In this document: positions 11,560 through 25,283 of the stretch, piece by piece | Layout: each line of letters begins with the position of its first letter | Numbering within the stretch: position 1 is the stretch's first letter | NCBI RefSeq assembly: GCF_009834535.1 | Contig: NC_045696.1 | Coordinates: 89,220,001 to 89,284,000, forward strand | Reading direction: 5' to 3' | Origin: Camelus ferus | Taxonomy: Eukaryota | Length of the DNA: 64,000 nucleotides | Translations under genes and position numbers: made by a program | The notes under the pieces: model-generated | Seen by the model: the letters and a program-made list of their open reading frames with translations, nothing else | Told to the model about the DNA's origin: nothing | Database searches by the model: none

Positions 11560-13590
11560 TAAAAAAAAAAAACACAGTCGAACTAGCCAGAAATTATTTA
11601 GAATTATTCCTTCTGGGGTATAAGAGTAAATGGAGTAGAGGTGAAAAGGATGGGAATAAGATTTGTCTGAATATACCTTTTCCTATAGTTTAAACTTCCT
11701 AAGTGTTTAACATATGCAAAAAATAAACTTCAGGGTGTAATAAACAAACCTAAGATTAAAAAAAATAGAAACAAATGGCTCTAACTATGTATCAGATTGG
11801 TAACTTGGGAAAGAAAAGGTAAATTCAAAATAACTTTTGAGCACAGCACTGTGACTGCATATTCTTAGTGAGGCATATTCTAAGAACAAAAAGAATGGCA
11901 AAGAAATGGTATTGGTTGTGTAATTCTGAAACAATTCTGTGTGTGCTATGGGACAGATCAAACTAATGAACATATTAATGTTCTGAGGAGCCACAGTTCT
12001 CACTATGGATAAAGAGAGACACAAAAACATGGTGTGAGGGAACGCTAGGGAACGCCCTGCTGTTGGATTTGAACTGGAGGTATCAGATAAACCTGTGTGT
12101 GTTTCCTAGTATGTGCACTGAAAAGGCCTAGAAACAAGGACACACCTGCAGAAATGAGCACACCTAGAGCCCAGATCTTGCTTTCTGAATGCCATTCCCC
12201 TCTAAAAAGAAACAGTGTTCCTTGGGAAAATGGCTGAGTCCATGTCAGGGGCAGAGAAGATACAAGGTAAGCTAGAAAATTCTGCTGTGTCAAAAAGTAA
12301 GAAACACTAATCGGGTCATGTCAAAAAAAAAAAAAAAAAAAAAAAAAAAGAGAGAGAGAGAAAAAAGGCACATCTTGAAGGGGTCCATAGGCCAAATCTG
12401 ACAATATAAGCATTAAAAGAAATAGCAGCTGTAGTGGGTGATAATATATTGAATACAAAAATGTACAGGAGTGTAATGATAACAAACGAATAAGAAAGAG
12501 GTAGGGGAAAAAGAAGGGAAAGCTTTTCTCTACGGTAGGATGCCAGCTAATAAATTATAAATTCAGTTTGTAACCTCTGATTTAATGATTGTATGAAAGG
12601 GTGGTGGGGAACAGAATACTCACATGGTCTCACAGTATGTCCACAGATTATTTTATTAATTCCAAATGGGAAAGGTATTTTACAAAGGAGAGATCTGGCA
12701 ACAACCTTAACTAAATGAGCAAAGCTAGTACCACAAATAGTCAACCCCCCAGCATAAACCCAGGATTCTGTTCTTCCTGATACGATGCAGTAAGAAGTAC
12801 ATAATGTTACCTATGGGGCATTCTTGTCAAAAGCATTTAATCTGAATGTAATCAGAAAGAGACAATCAGAGTAATCAGAACATGAGAACTTCAACAAGAC
12901 AGCTGGACTCTTAAAGAAAATTAATGTCTTGAAAAGCAAAATAGGGCAGGGAGACTGTTCCATAATAAAAAAGAGACTAAGGAGACATAGCAGTTAAAGA
13001 GATGGCTGTGAAAACTTTTTGGGAAGACCACTGGGGAAATTTGAATAGGAACTGTATATTAGATAAACTATTGAGTTAAAATTAACTTTCTGGGGGGAAG
13101 GGAAATGGGAGTTGTTTCATGAGTATGGAGTTTCAGTTTCCAAGATGGAAACTTCCATCAAGATGGAAACGTTCTGGAGAGCTGTAACACAACAATGTGC
13201 ATGTACTTACAACTACTGAACCCTACACTTTGAAATGGCTAAGATGGCAAATTTTATGTTACATGTTCTTTGCCATAATTGAAAAAACTTTTAATCCTTA
13301 AAAATTAGTTTTCAGAAGTGTGATGATGTTGCTTTGTTTATATAGAAAAAAAGTGTCCTGTGTAAGATACATGTGGAAATATTTAGGGATGAAATGTCAG
13401 GCTAACTGCAACTTACTTTCCAGTGGTTCTGCAGAAAGAAAAAGAGTGGGCGCTGTGTGTATGTGTGCTGAGAGAAAGATGAGTAAGCTGTGAAATGCGG
13501 ACAAATGCTGAATCGAGACGTTGGGTTGTTCATGATTCTCTTCTGTCCACTTTTCTATAAATTTGAAACCGTCCAACTAAAATTTTGAAA
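11560..13590 (+). mobile_element. L1MC/L1MD-like 3' region, with a nested L1MB-like 3' end at about 13090-13290
   Basis: L1MC/MD motifs (GAAATGAGCACACCTAGAGCCCAGATCTTG; TGGAAATATTTAGGGATGAAATGTC). Inner GGGAAATGGGAGTTG..CTACTGAACCCTACACTTTGAAATGG. Confidence 0.7.
12323..12360 (+). repeat. A27 run followed by (AG)n
   Basis: Seen directly. Confidence 0.9.
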
Positions 13591-13841
13591 AACAAAAAGA
13601 ATTACCCCAAACTGTATCCTGTTTTAATTTTTATTTCTTTCATGAGTTCCTCATGATGATTAAGTTATTTTCATTTTAATGATTTGGCTGGTCTGATACG
13701 ACCCCTTACTCTTCAGTGGGGTCTTAACTGTTTCTTGCTTACTTACACAAGCTATGTGTAGACATAGATATTAAAACCTTGAGTCATAGTGCTGCAAATA
13801 TCTTTTTCTCAGACTGTTTTCTTATAATATTGATGACACTT

Positions 13842-14257
13842 TGACAGATTTTTCAGGAGGGAAAAGTCTCTCACAGAATGAGAGTATCCACAAGCCACTA
13901 CCCAGAAGGGGAGGCGGACGAGGGAATGCCCATTAGAAAGGGGAACTGAAAAGGGGCCTTACGTGTATTGGGAGTCTCTGGGTCAGAGAGCTGTGAAGAA
14001 CAGTGGTGGCTTGGGGTCTTTTATATCCACAGAGTTTATCTTATTTATGGCCAGCAAATGCTGGGTGCAGGTTCACAGGGCAAGCAGGCAAGGTCTACAT
14101 AGCTAAAATCCTGCTTACTTGAGCTATGTTGAAACAATCGGATGTGTACAAATTTGAGTTTAGCGTCTATGGGCTTTTGAGATTCCAGCCTGCTATTAAG
14201 AAATAAACAACCTAGAGGTCAAAATACAGAAGCCATCTTTGGCTCATTTATATGACA
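13842..14257 (-). mobile_element. Old solo LTR (ERVL-type, family uncertain)
   Basis: Minus strand begins TGTCATATAAATGAGCCAAAGATGGC and has a TATAAAA box; TG...CA ends. Confidence 0.6.
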
Positions 14258-14477
14258 GACACTCTAGACTATGACTGCCCTGTAATCTTCAAAATGTCAG
14301 CGATATGAAACTCAAGGAAAGATTGAAGAATGATTCCAGATTAAAGGTGCCTGGAGAGACAACAACTGTGATCCTGGACTGGACGCTCTTGCTATAAAGG
14401 ACATCACTGGGGCAACTGGCCAATTTGAGTGTAATGTCCAGGTGAACGAATATTCGGTACTTCATTGGTCAGTTCAC

Positions 14478-14580
14478 TTTTTTAAAAAAATGGAGGTACC
14501 AAGGATTGAACCCAGGAACTTATGTGTATGGTACATGCTAAGCATGTACTCTTACCAGTGAGCTATACCCTCCCACCCCA
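14478..14580 (-). mobile_element. Camelid tRNA-Ala-derived SINE
   Basis: GGAGGTACC..GGATTGAACCCAGGA..CATGCTAAGCATG..GAGCTATACCCTCCC, with a small internal insertion. Confidence 0.88.
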
Positions 14581-14621
14581 CAACTTGTCTATTCAAATTA
14601 AAATTATAGAAACCATTTTTG

Positions 14622-15000
14622 AAAAATACTACATGATATCACTTATATGTGGAATCTAGAAAAAAAAAAAAAGACAAACGAACTTATTTACAAGACAGAA
14701 AAAGACTCACCGACATAGAAAACAAACTTATGGTTACCAGCTGGGGAAGGGGGCGGGAAGGGATAAATTGGGAGTTCGAGATTGGCGGATACTAACTACT
14801 ATATATAAAATAGTTAAACAACAAGCTTATGCTGTATAGCACAGGGAACCATATTCAGTATCTTGTAGTAACTTATGAGAATATGAGAACGAATGTATGT
14901 ATGTTCCTATGTGACTGAAGTATTGTCCTGTACACCAGAAATTGACACAACACTGTAAACTGACTGCACTTCAATAAGAATATATTAAAAAAAAAAAAAA
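14622..15000 (+). mobile_element. Young lineage L1 3' end
   Basis: ATCACTTATATGTGGAATCT..GTATAGCACAGGGAAC..TACACCAGAAATTGACACAACA..poly(A). Confidence 0.9.
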
Positions 15001-15069
15001 ACCTTGTACACAGGCGCCACTGTCACTTGGGATCGAGTGTTTAATGCTGGCACAGTGCAACCTGTAACC

Positions 15070-16586
15070 TTTAGCTGGAACTCTGATGATTAACTCTTTG
15101 TTAAGATAAGGGGATAGAACTTATTTTTTTTTTTGAAGGTTGTCATCTTGATTTATAACTTTGAATTATTTACACATATGAAATGTGGGCCTCCATTTGT
15201 TTTCCTGACTCAGGTCCCCCAGATGTTTAGGGCCAGCTTGGGCTGGGAAATACGTGTATTCCAGGGACTTTGGGGAAGCACTTTTTTTGTCCTCTGTCCT
15301 TGAAACATAGGACATATGCGGGGAAGTCTGGGCAGTCATGCCCTGCCAGTCTCGGAGATGGATACTGCTTTGGCTTTCAGAGGATTCAAGTCGAGGAAAT
15401 ATTTTAGAAAAAATGAATTAACTTCTTTACCAGTAGCAAGGATACAATAGATTCTCATGTGACAAAGTATTTTCTAATATATAGTATGTTCATTTTTTTG
15501 TTTCTCTTCAAGTTCCAATTTTTGGTCACAAAGGTACTCATGAATTATTGTGGGTGGCAACAGTTGCTTACAGTAGTTGAGGAACACTTTACAACTTAAA
15601 ACAATACATGTTACTCTTGAATTTGTAAACAAATATGCATATGTGTGTACGTATGTATATTTGTATATTAAATATAAAATTATATATATATTTGAATGTT
15701 TTATATATATATAAAATTTTATATATGAAGCACATGAAACATGATACCTATTCCCCACATTGACTGGTAAAGGCATTTGAATGTTTGCACTACAAATTAT
15801 GATTTTTACAAAAATGTTAAATAATATTTTGCTGGATCATCAAGAAATTAAATAAAATTTAATTTCATTTAAATATTATTACTTAAAAATTGATTTTTGT
15901 TAACTAGTTTGTGTGCAGCCTTATACTTTAATAGATAATTAATGACAGTAACTTTGTTGCAATAATATGAAAGATAATTCTGATTTTTTTGTGTTTTATA
16001 TTTAATTTACATTTTGATGAAAATAATGCAGATTTTAACTACTTTGAATGTAGTTGCATTTTATTTTTTAATTCATTAAATCTTTACTGTTGATGGAACA
16101 TGAATTATGTGAACTCTTAAGTCTAAAACATAATTAGTGATTTTGTTGAAATAAAGGCACAAGTAAATTTTATGGAAAAAATGTATAACACTTTATGAAC
16201 TACTTATCTCTTTATTTTATTCATTCAAATATTGCTGACACATCCACAGAACATCCAACTTGTACAATAATAATTAAATTCCACTATCTTTGAATATTTT
16301 GCCAAATTTCAGTCATATTAAAACTGTAGCTTTACACGTATTTTAAAAATTTTGTCATTGTGGAATTTTATTTGTCAAGATAAGTAGATAGAATATATTT
16401 TATTTTATATAATAAAATATAATATATTTTATATAATTTATTTAATTTATATTTATTTTATATAATATATTTTATATATTTATTTTATAGTTGTCATCTT
16501 GAATTATAAATTCTAATTATTTAGACAGTGATATATTGGCCTCCATTTGTAATATTGATCCAGGTTCCAAATTTTAGGGGGGCCTG
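15070..16586. mobile_element. Zaphod-like hAT-Tip100 DNA transposon remnant(s)
   Basis: Terminal motif TATTTAGACA..GGCCTCCATTTGT..AGGGGGGCCTG present twice (ending 15240 and 16586), with a very AT-rich interior. Confidence 0.6.
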
Positions 16587-17917
16587 GGTTGGGGTGCACT
16601 TTGTATTCCACTGACTTCAGGAGAACAAAGAATTAAGAACATTTAGCCCAGCAGGACAATGATTTACTTAAGTTTAGATCTGTGTATGTTCTGTTTCTTG
16701 TTATGATAAATTAGAGTTTTTGTTTTTAATATTTTCTTAAAGAAGGTTAAGAAGATCTTTCAGGTGTTCAGCAGTTAAATACAAAAGATTTTTGTGGATC
16801 TCCCAACAATACAACTTTTAAACATGACCCTATGATGTCATAAGTCTTATACAATGTTTGTCATAGAAAATGGTATGTATTAGAATGTATTCATTACGAA
16901 ACATTGAGTTGCTCACTTGAGCTGGCACATGCTTGAAGCCTCAATTGATGCTCAGCTATCTGCCTCTGGTTGTGAAGTCCCTGAACATTGTGGCTTTCGT
17001 CCCAACTCCAGCCTCTGCCAGAGATTATGGAAAATCTCTATGCTCTGAGTCAACCAGATGTGCTTTGTAGAAATGACCAAGAATGAGAATATATTGGCTT
17101 AACATCCCAGAATATCACTTGTCTTTTGGGTCCTTTCTCTTTCAGCTGCAGGGTGTTGACAGGTAGGTACATACAGTCAGAAAGGGTGAGCTGGGATTCA
17201 GCCTCATGAGGACTGAATGACTTGTTGCCTCAGTCTGCAGAAGGCAGGTACTTACATGGATATTAATTGTGAAAAGCATTGTCTGATGTCTCTGGAGCGA
17301 TGAATGTCTAAAAGAATAAATAGATACATTACCTGAGATGGTTCTTAATGGAGCAAGGTATTCATTTGGTCCAATTGGAGTTCTTAAAGTCAAAATGAAA
17401 TTATGGCCAGACCACATTGATTGGCTTCTCGCCAAATCACACCTCAGGCAGGGATCCTGCTGTTCTGGAAGATGTCAATTTGCTAAGGTCACCTGTTTCA
17501 GGAGAAAGCAGGAAAAGGATGTGGTAGCGGCATCCAAGAACCTCATCTTACGAGATTCAGGTTAAACCTCTGATAGGGAAGGAAGAGTATTTATTGTTCC
17601 TGCAGCTGTAATGATTCTAAAAAGAGATAAACGGAAAGGGAAAGATTTGTTTCCTGCTTATAGCTTGTGTAATGGACATCTGTTTTTATTTACCCACTCA
17701 GCTCCCATTACCTCTTCTGAGAGCATCACCTTCATTTCCGCTAGGGACCCTCATTCCCCACTGAGTGTCAGAGAGACAGGTAATGAGCTGCCCTGTTCTC
17801 CCAGCCAACAGTGAGTCAGGCAGACTTGCCTTTATCCATGTGTGAAAAATACAGGGATGGAGAGTGCTGGGGTGGGAGTGCAATTTAAAATAAGGTGGTC
17901 AAGAATGGCCTCACTAA

Positions 17918-18593
17918 AAAAAACTAAAAATAGACTTGCCATATGATCCAGCAACTCCACTCCTGGGCATATATTCAGAGAAAGCCCTAATCAGAAAAGA
18001 CACATGCACCCCAATGTTCACAGCAGCACTATTCACAATAGCCAAGACATGGAAGCAACCCAAATGTCCATCAACAGATGAACTGATAAAGAAGATGTGG
18101 TATATATATATACAATGGAATACTACTTAGCCATAAAAAGAAATGAAATAATGCCATTTGCAGCAGCAACATGGATGGACCTAGAGATTATCATAGTAAG
18201 TGAACTAACTTTCTCAGTTAGAGAAAGACAAACATATGATATCTCTTTATGTAGAATCTAAAAAAATGACACAAATGAATTTATTTACAGAACAGAAAGA
18301 GACTCATAGACATAGAAAACAAACTTATGGTCACCAAGGATGGCAGGAGAGGGATAAATTGGGAGTTTGGGATTAACAGATACAAACTACTACGCACAGA
18401 CTAGACAAACAACAAGGCCCTACTGTATAGCATGTGAAATTATATTCAATAGTTTGTAGTAACCTGTAATGAAAAAGAATATGTATATACATATATGTAT
18501 AACTGAATCACTGTGCTCTATGCCAGAAACTAATACAACACTGTAAATTTTTAAAAAATTTTAAAGAATCACCAAAAAAAAAAAAAAAAAAAA
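17918..18593 (+). mobile_element. 5'-truncated L1 (ORF2 C-terminus plus 3' UTR) with 17-bp TSD
   Basis: ORF 17936-18130 (PYDPATPLLGIY..TCTPMFTAALFTIAKTWKQPKCPS) is the L1 ORF2p C-terminus. TSD AAGAATGGCC(T/C)CACTAA at 17901 and 18594. Confidence 0.95.
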
Positions 18594-18659
18594 AAGAATG
18601 GCCCCACTAAGATTTAAGCTTTGCCAGAGACTCTGTCCCAAAATAAACCTGCTCCATCC

Positions 18660-19290
18660 ACCCACAGTCTTCCCCATCTTGTTTGAAGGCATCGCCAGTG
18701 ATGCAGGCAAAAAAGCAAACAAACAAATAAAAATGAACAGCAACATGGACTAGTCCCTTTCATTCGCTCACACCCCCACATCCAGTCAGTCTCATTTACT
18801 TTTGAGGTACAGCCAGAATCAGACCACTCTTCAGCATCTGCACAGCTCCCAGACTGACTGAAGTCACCACCATCTCTTGCTGGATGGTTACAGCAGCTTC
18901 CTACATGGTCTCCCTGCTCTTGCCCTTGCTCCCAGTAGTTTACTCTCAACACCACAGCAGAGTAACCCCTGTAGATAGAAGTCAGTTGATGTCATACTTT
19001 TCTCAAAACCTGATGTCTCCCCATCTCACTCAGAGGAAAGGGAGTCTTTACCATGGCCTGAGAAACCCTAAATGACCTGGTTAGCTATTCACTTCCTTGA
19101 GCACATCCTTGGTCATGTTCCCCTTGGCTCACTCTGCTCAGATGCCTCGCTTTCTTTTATTCTTTAACGTCTCTGTGCACCCTCATGCCTCCGGGCCTTT
19201 GCACATGCTGTTCCTAGTTTCTGGGATATTCTTCCTCCAGATAGTGCAGGGCTCACCCACTCAATACCTTGAAGTCTTATGTGCTTTCTT
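18660..19290 (+). mobile_element. L2 LINE 3' part
   Basis: CACCACCATCTCTTGCTGGA..GGTCTCCCTGC..GGGCCTTTGCACATGCTGTTCC. Confidence 0.85.
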
Positions 19291-19329
19291 CAGACTAATT
19301 CAGCTGTGTGGGCACAGGCAGAGTAGGCT

Positions 19330-20050
19330 GAGTTAAGTCGAGCTTGACCATGGGATTTAAACTGAGTAGAGAGAAGTGAGGGGAAAAGAAAGCTGGGGGA
19401 CAAATAAAAAGTAAAAGGTAGATGAATTATCAGCCCAGTTGAGGTACCAGAAAGAGTGAGATGGAAAGTGGGGGGTGGTGGTGCTCAGAGTAGATTAGGG
19501 AGGAGTTGTGATTGTTGCTAATGAATGTGACTCGTGATATGAGTGGCAAAGGTACGGTGGAAAACAGGACCACTGGCTGAGCAGAAAGGAACTGAGAGGC
19601 CAGCACTTTGGGAAAATCATCTGAACGGATGCTGAAATCGGGAGAATTGAGGTGGGAGCAGGGTTGGAGAGAGTGACGGTGAGGCAGGAGCTATAATCTT
19701 CAACGTCCCAGCGCTGGTGGATGACAGAGACAAAGAGAGGCATGGATGGTCTGCCTGATGATCTAAGACTCAAGGATGCTGAGGGTGCAGATAGGAGGGA
19801 GTTGGGGGAAGCCAGAGGAGGAAGAGGCTTCCACTAGACAGAGCTGCAGGGGAGCAGGGGCCTCAGTGAACAGCAGGGTCTGGGGAGAGCAAGACCATGA
19901 ACTGCCTCTAGAGAAGAGGCTAGGGAGACAGGGGGTTTCTGCTGAGAACCCAGGGAAGGGCTTCAGGACTTTGGAAGTGGTGTGTTGGGGCCATGCAGAG
20001 TTGCGTGAGATTCAGAGTGCGGGAAAGGGAGGCAACCTGGGGTCCCAGGT
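19330..20050 (-). mobile_element. L2 LINE internal fragment
   Basis: Purine-rich degenerate sequence typical of antisense L2 ORF2. Confidence 0.5.
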
Positions 20051-22905
20051 TCTTGTGGAGGCAACAGAAACGGGGATAAAGATAATGAGATGAGTAATGG
20101 TGGTAAAATCTAAGTTCTTTCCATAACTTAAGGAAAAGATTTTCGAAAATCCTGCAGCTGGAATGACTCAGCAAATCAACTAGCCTGCTATTGGGAACAA
20201 AAACAAGCTTTTAAAAGTTGTTTTTTAAAAAATATAAAACTAATGCATGCTCATGGTAAAAAAGATTCAAATAATTTAGAAGAACACAAATTGAAAAATA
20301 GGAATCCCCCTCTGCTCCCGGTCCTACTCCCAGTGGTGATAACTATCAAGAGTTTCTTGGGCACCCTCTTAGCCGTCTGCTATGCATGTACAAGCAGGTA
20401 CCAGGTGTAGCTTTTGCACAAATAGATGGGAGCATTATTGCTTTACAGCCTGATTTTATCCCTTCGTTGTATTAACTTGATACACTTTTCTTATACATAT
20501 AAATTACCCCATTCTGTGCATACTATTTTATTATACCCAATATATTTAACCAGTTTCCTATTTGGGACATGCAGAAGATTTCCAGTGGTTTTTTTTTTTT
20601 TTTTTTTTTTTTTGGCCTTATAAACATTGCTTCCATGAACATCCTTGAACATAAATCTTTGTTTTACTTCCAGTTTTGTTTGAAAGTACAGAACAGATAG
20701 AACACATAACTATGTACACGCTACTGGGATTAAATACATGTCGACGTTTTACCATAATTGCTTTCAATCTTCAGCTGCAGTAGGTACCACCGCCTTGATC
20801 TTCAAAGCAGTTCTACTCATTTATACTCGCACCTGCAATTACACGAATTCCCATGTCCCCGCATCTTTGACAACACCTGGTATTGTCAGACTTTTGTTCT
20901 GCCAGTCTGTGGGACAAGAAATGGTATTACATCGCTTAATTTCGTTTTCCTGGATTTCAAAAACTCTTCAAATGTTTCTTGGCCATTCAGGTTCCTTCTT
21001 TATGAATAATAACCTGCCCTTCAAGTGTGTCCTGGTTCTTCTTTGTGATCTGCTCTTTTAGAAGGATGTAGGATTTATTTGCTAAGTTCTGTGAAAAACT
21101 GTTGTTTTTATAGTTATTTAGCTCTAGCTCCTTGTATTATTATTTTTTTAGTGATTGCTCCAAAGATTATACTATATAGCCTTAACTTTGCACAGCCTTT
21201 CTAGGGTTAATATTGTATCACTTTGTATAAAATGTAAACATTTCACAATCAGAGAGATCTACTTACTCCTCTCCATGCATTTATTCTCATTAGTCTATTT
21301 ATTATATCTATAATTATAAATCCTTATTATTTAATTAACTTTATAATTTTTACTTTAAGTATTACTGTGCATTTTACAGGAGCTAAGAGGAGAAAAATCA
21401 TTTTTTTATATTTACCCACATATTTACTATTTCCAATGCTCTTTATTCCTTCCTTGAAAATCCTGGAAACCTGGTACCCCTTTCTTTTAGTCAGAAGAAA
21501 TTCCTTTGCTGCTTTTTGGAGTAGTGTAGCAGGTGATAAATTACCTTGTTTTGTTCTGTTTTTAAGCCTGAAACCATATTTTGCCTACATTCTTGAAGGA
21601 TATTCTTCTTGGATATGGTATTCTAGGTTGGTTTTGTTTTCTTTCAATACTCCAAAGATGTTGTCCCGCTGCCTTCTGGCCTTCATAATTGATGATTCAA
21701 ATCCTTAAAAACTTGTGTCAGTCTCCTGAAATGTGCTACTTTTCTTTGTCTGCTTTTATCTTTGGTTTCCAGCAGTTTAACTATAATGTGCCTCGGTAGA
21801 GCTTTCTTCATATTTAACTTGTGTGAGTTTCATTGAAACTATTTAATCTGTTAATTTATGTTTGCTACCAAGTTCGGACATTTTAAAACATCAGTTATAT
21901 CTTCAAATATTGTTTCTGCCCCATTCTATCTACCTGTTGTTTCTGGGACTCCTGAGGCGTGTTTATTTGACTTGATTTTGTCCCACAGATCCCTAAGATT
22001 TTGTTATTTTTTGCAGGTTTTTTTTTTCTGTTCTTCACATTGGATAATTTCTGTTGATTTATATCCAAGTTTATTGATCTTTCATTGTCATAATCATTCT
22101 GCTATGTCTTTTTATTTTAATTTAAAATTTTTTGTCTGCTACTGAATTTTTAATATCAGGCATTGTTGTTTTGGGTTCTTGAATTACCACTGGTTCTTTA
22201 AGTTTCAATTAATCTATTATTCTACTGGACTCAAGCTGCAGACTCTGTTTTTTGGTTGGCAGGTCAAATCTCAGTTCAGTTCTGTCTTTGTAGGGGCTGT
22301 AGAATCTGCCTCATTCATACAGATAATTGGGTAGACTTAATACTCAGAATTTGGGGCCTCCTCCACACAGAGTCTCTCTTTCCTGGATTTCCATCTCATT
22401 TTCCAGTGTCTGTAGTTGCTTTTAACTCCGTGCTTTGGTTCTTCAGCCCACAAAGACTGTTTTTTTCTCTCAGAGTTTTAGTCACGCCATGTAGCACTGA
22501 CTTTAGCCTGACCTCAGGCTAAAAGCCATAAAAACGGACACTTTTTGTCATTTCCTTCTTCTAACTTTCCTTCAGAATAGATCAGCTTTTGTTCACTGTC
22601 CAGCGCCTTCATGTATGTGTGAGTGTATGTGTGTTGATTTCCTCCAGGTTTAGGGTTGTTGCCTGAGGGGAACTGGGTCCAGAAAAACCCTCCTTGCTTC
22701 CTTGGTCATACTGAAAGCAGACGCCTTCATCCTTTTGTTTTGCATTTTTGGATTAGAATGTGGTAGAGCATCTTTTTACATGTTTATTTAAATTTGTATT
22801 ATTTATTTAAATGAACATCCTCTGGCCATTTTTCCGTCTCCCCCTTTTTTTGTTCTCTTTCTTTTGACTTGTAAGAGCTCTTACGTTAAGAATGTTAACC
22901 CTGTC

Positions 22906-22963
22906 AAATTTGACACAACATTGTAAAATGATTATAAATAAATAAAAATTGTTTAAAAAAAAA
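22906..22963 (+). mobile_element. Ultra-short (58 bp) young L1 3' end with 12-bp TSD
   Basis: AAATTTGACACAACATTGTAAA..AATAAA..A-tail between GTTAACCCTGTC copies at 22894 and 22964. Confidence 0.88.
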
Positions 22964-23741
22964 GTTAACCCTGTCTGTTATACTTGTCATAGCTATTTTT
23001 CCCAGAATGTTGTTTTCCTTAACTGTTTATTTTTTGCCCATGAGGAAAATTTAATTTTGTGTTTACTTAAATTTATCAATTCTCTCTCTCATGGCTTCTG
23101 GGTTTGAGGGTCATGCTTAGAAATCTCTTCTCCATCAAGAAATACACATATACTACTATTTGTATAGCTTTTAAATATTTTAACACTCAACTATTTGATT
23201 TATTTATAATTTATTTTAGTGTCCACCTAAGGACTTTAGAAGGCGAACCAGGTGTTTTTCCAGATATGTTATTAATTGTCCTAATTTGACTTAGATAATT
23301 CATCTTTTACTCACTGATTTCACAACGCCAACTATAACACTTATTAATTTCTTATATTGGGGAGATCTTTTTTAATATTCTGTTCTATTCCAGGGGTAGT
23401 GTAAAAATTAACTTAGCATTATAATATGTTTACATGCTCTCAATACCACCAGCATGCTGGATTTCATCACCAAATAATTCCTTCTATAAGACTTCATAGG
23501 TGCCATTTGTCTTGAGTTCTTGCGTGTTACAGAATGTCTGTTTCCTGCCTCTTCAATGAGATGACACATGTGTTATGTTTAACTTTCCTAGATCATATTT
23601 TGACTCAGAATTCTGTACACCTTGCTCCACTGTCTTCTGACACTGGACAGTGCAAGATTGTGTGAAGTCTGAGGCCAGCTTGATTTAACCCATTTTAGTG
23701 ACTTGCTTTCACTGCATGGATATCTGGAGAATCCTTTAAAA

Positions 23742-23865
23742 AAATTTTTTTTGAGGGGGCAGATAATTAGGTTTATTGATTGATTTTTAAAGGAGGTACT
23801 GGGGATTGAAACCAGCACCTCGTGCATGCTAGGCAAGCACTCTACCACTTAAGCTATCCTCCCCC
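23742..23865 (-). mobile_element. Camelid tRNA-Ala-derived SINE
   Basis: Full head and TAATTAGG tail in antisense. Confidence 0.9.
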
Positions 23866-23908
23866 ACCTGGAAATTTTTATTTTTTTGTTCACTTAAGAT
23901 AACTTCTT

Positions 23909-24120
23909 TATTTTATTTATTTTTTTTATTGAAATGTAGTTGATTTGCAATGTAAGTTTCAAGTGTACAACAGAGTGATTCAGTTACACATATACATACA
24001 TATGTGTATATTTTTTTTTTCAGATTCTTTTCCATTATATGTTATTACAAGAAATTGAATATGGCTCCCTGTGCTATATAGTAGGTCCTTGTTGTTTATC
24101 TATTTTATATATAGTAACAT
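23909..24120 (-). mobile_element. Young L1 3' end
   Basis: CCCTGTGCTATATAGTAGGTCCTTGTTG. TSD GATAA(C/T)TTCTT at 23898 and 24121. Confidence 0.88.
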
Positions 24121-24579
24121 GATAATTTCTTAATTACGTCTCTATCGTCTTCCTAAAAACGTCTAGTTTTGTCTTTAAACTGTTTTCCCGACTGCTTTCA
24201 GCAGTGTCTATTCTTTTTGTTCTTTTTAATATGTCTTTCATTTTTGTAATGTTTACTTCTTTATTTCTCTTTTATTGTCCTAAACTCTACCATCTCATTT
24301 TTTCAACTAATGTGGTTGTCCTATCAGATCTTATTTAACCCCTCCAGTTTCTTGAGTTTTATTTTTCCCAGAGAATCCATGTCTTCTCTCATTTCCTTGA
24401 AAGTTTGCAGGAGTACTTGTCTGACATTTTCTTCTGTTTCTGAAGTGATTCTTCTTCTGCTGTGAGCCCTTAATCTGTATTTTATTATAGTCTTTCCTCC
24501 AGCCTCCACCAGACTCAAACCTTACCTATTTATCTGACATCAGATCTCCGGTTGCGGGAGCAGGGTCTAAGAGACCTGG

Positions 24580-24770
24580 TGAGAGTGCAGACTCTGGAGC
24601 TACACAGACTGGGATAAAATCCCAGTTCCACCACGGTCCAGCTCTGCGGCTGGACAGCTAAATCAGTACACTGTCTGCTCACGGGGCTCTTGCCAGGATT
24701 AAAGTGCTTAATATAGTGCCTGGTTCCTAGTGCCCAGTAAGTATTAGAGAAAGGTGTGTGGTTATTATTT
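24580..24770 (+). mobile_element. MIR SINE
   Basis: CAGACTCTGGAGC..CAGACTGGG..AATCCCAGTTCCACCAC..AAAGTGCTTAATATAGTGCCTGG. Confidence 0.75.
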
Positions 24771-25171
24771 GCGTACACTTAATCCTGAATCCTTTTGGTG
24801 TTATCTAAGAAATATACAGGACTAACAATGCTAAATTGACTTCTCTGTTCCGTTCATCCTAGAAAGTTACAAAATAGGTTATTGGTGAGATTGGTTGTTA
24901 CCTACCCATAAAGAACTATCCCCATCTGCTGGCCACACTCACAAATTAAAAATAAAGGACTGTGTCCAAATACGGTTGTGGAAGAAATATTTCATTTTGC
25001 AGCTACTGTGACTTGTAGAATCTTCTTAGTAAGAAAGACCCTACTTTCCTCACTCTCTTACCTACATAAACACCTACCATCTCATCACACAGCGCTGGCT
25101 AATTGTTGACACACTTATTTAGTTGAGGCAAACATTTCTTTTCAGTTTAGATTTTAGATTTTCTTTTTTAA

Positions 25172-25283
25172 TTTAAAAAAATGGGGGGGATTAATGAGGT
25201 TTATTTTTATTGTTATTTTTTTTTCAGTGGAGGTAATGGGTATTGAACCCAAGACCACTCTACCACTGAGCTGTACCCTTCCC
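25172..25283 (-). mobile_element. Camelid tRNA-Ala-derived SINE lacking the anticodon arm
   Basis: ATTGAACCCAAGAC joined directly to CACTCTACCACTGAGCT. Confidence 0.85.

Larger units (their letters stand above)
20200..24480 (-). mobile_element. Mosaic of old L1M fragments (3' UTR, ORF and 5' pieces) with younger insertions
   Basis: T-rich antisense L1 motifs throughout, e.g. TTCTTGAAGGATATT..CTGCCTTCTGGCCTTCAT..TTCTTCACATTGGATAATTTCTGTTGA. Confidence 0.75.

Noticed and set aside
17936..18130. L1 ORF2-like ORF as a functional CDS
   Set aside because: C-terminal fragment of a 5'-truncated insertion that frameshifts at a (TA)n run.
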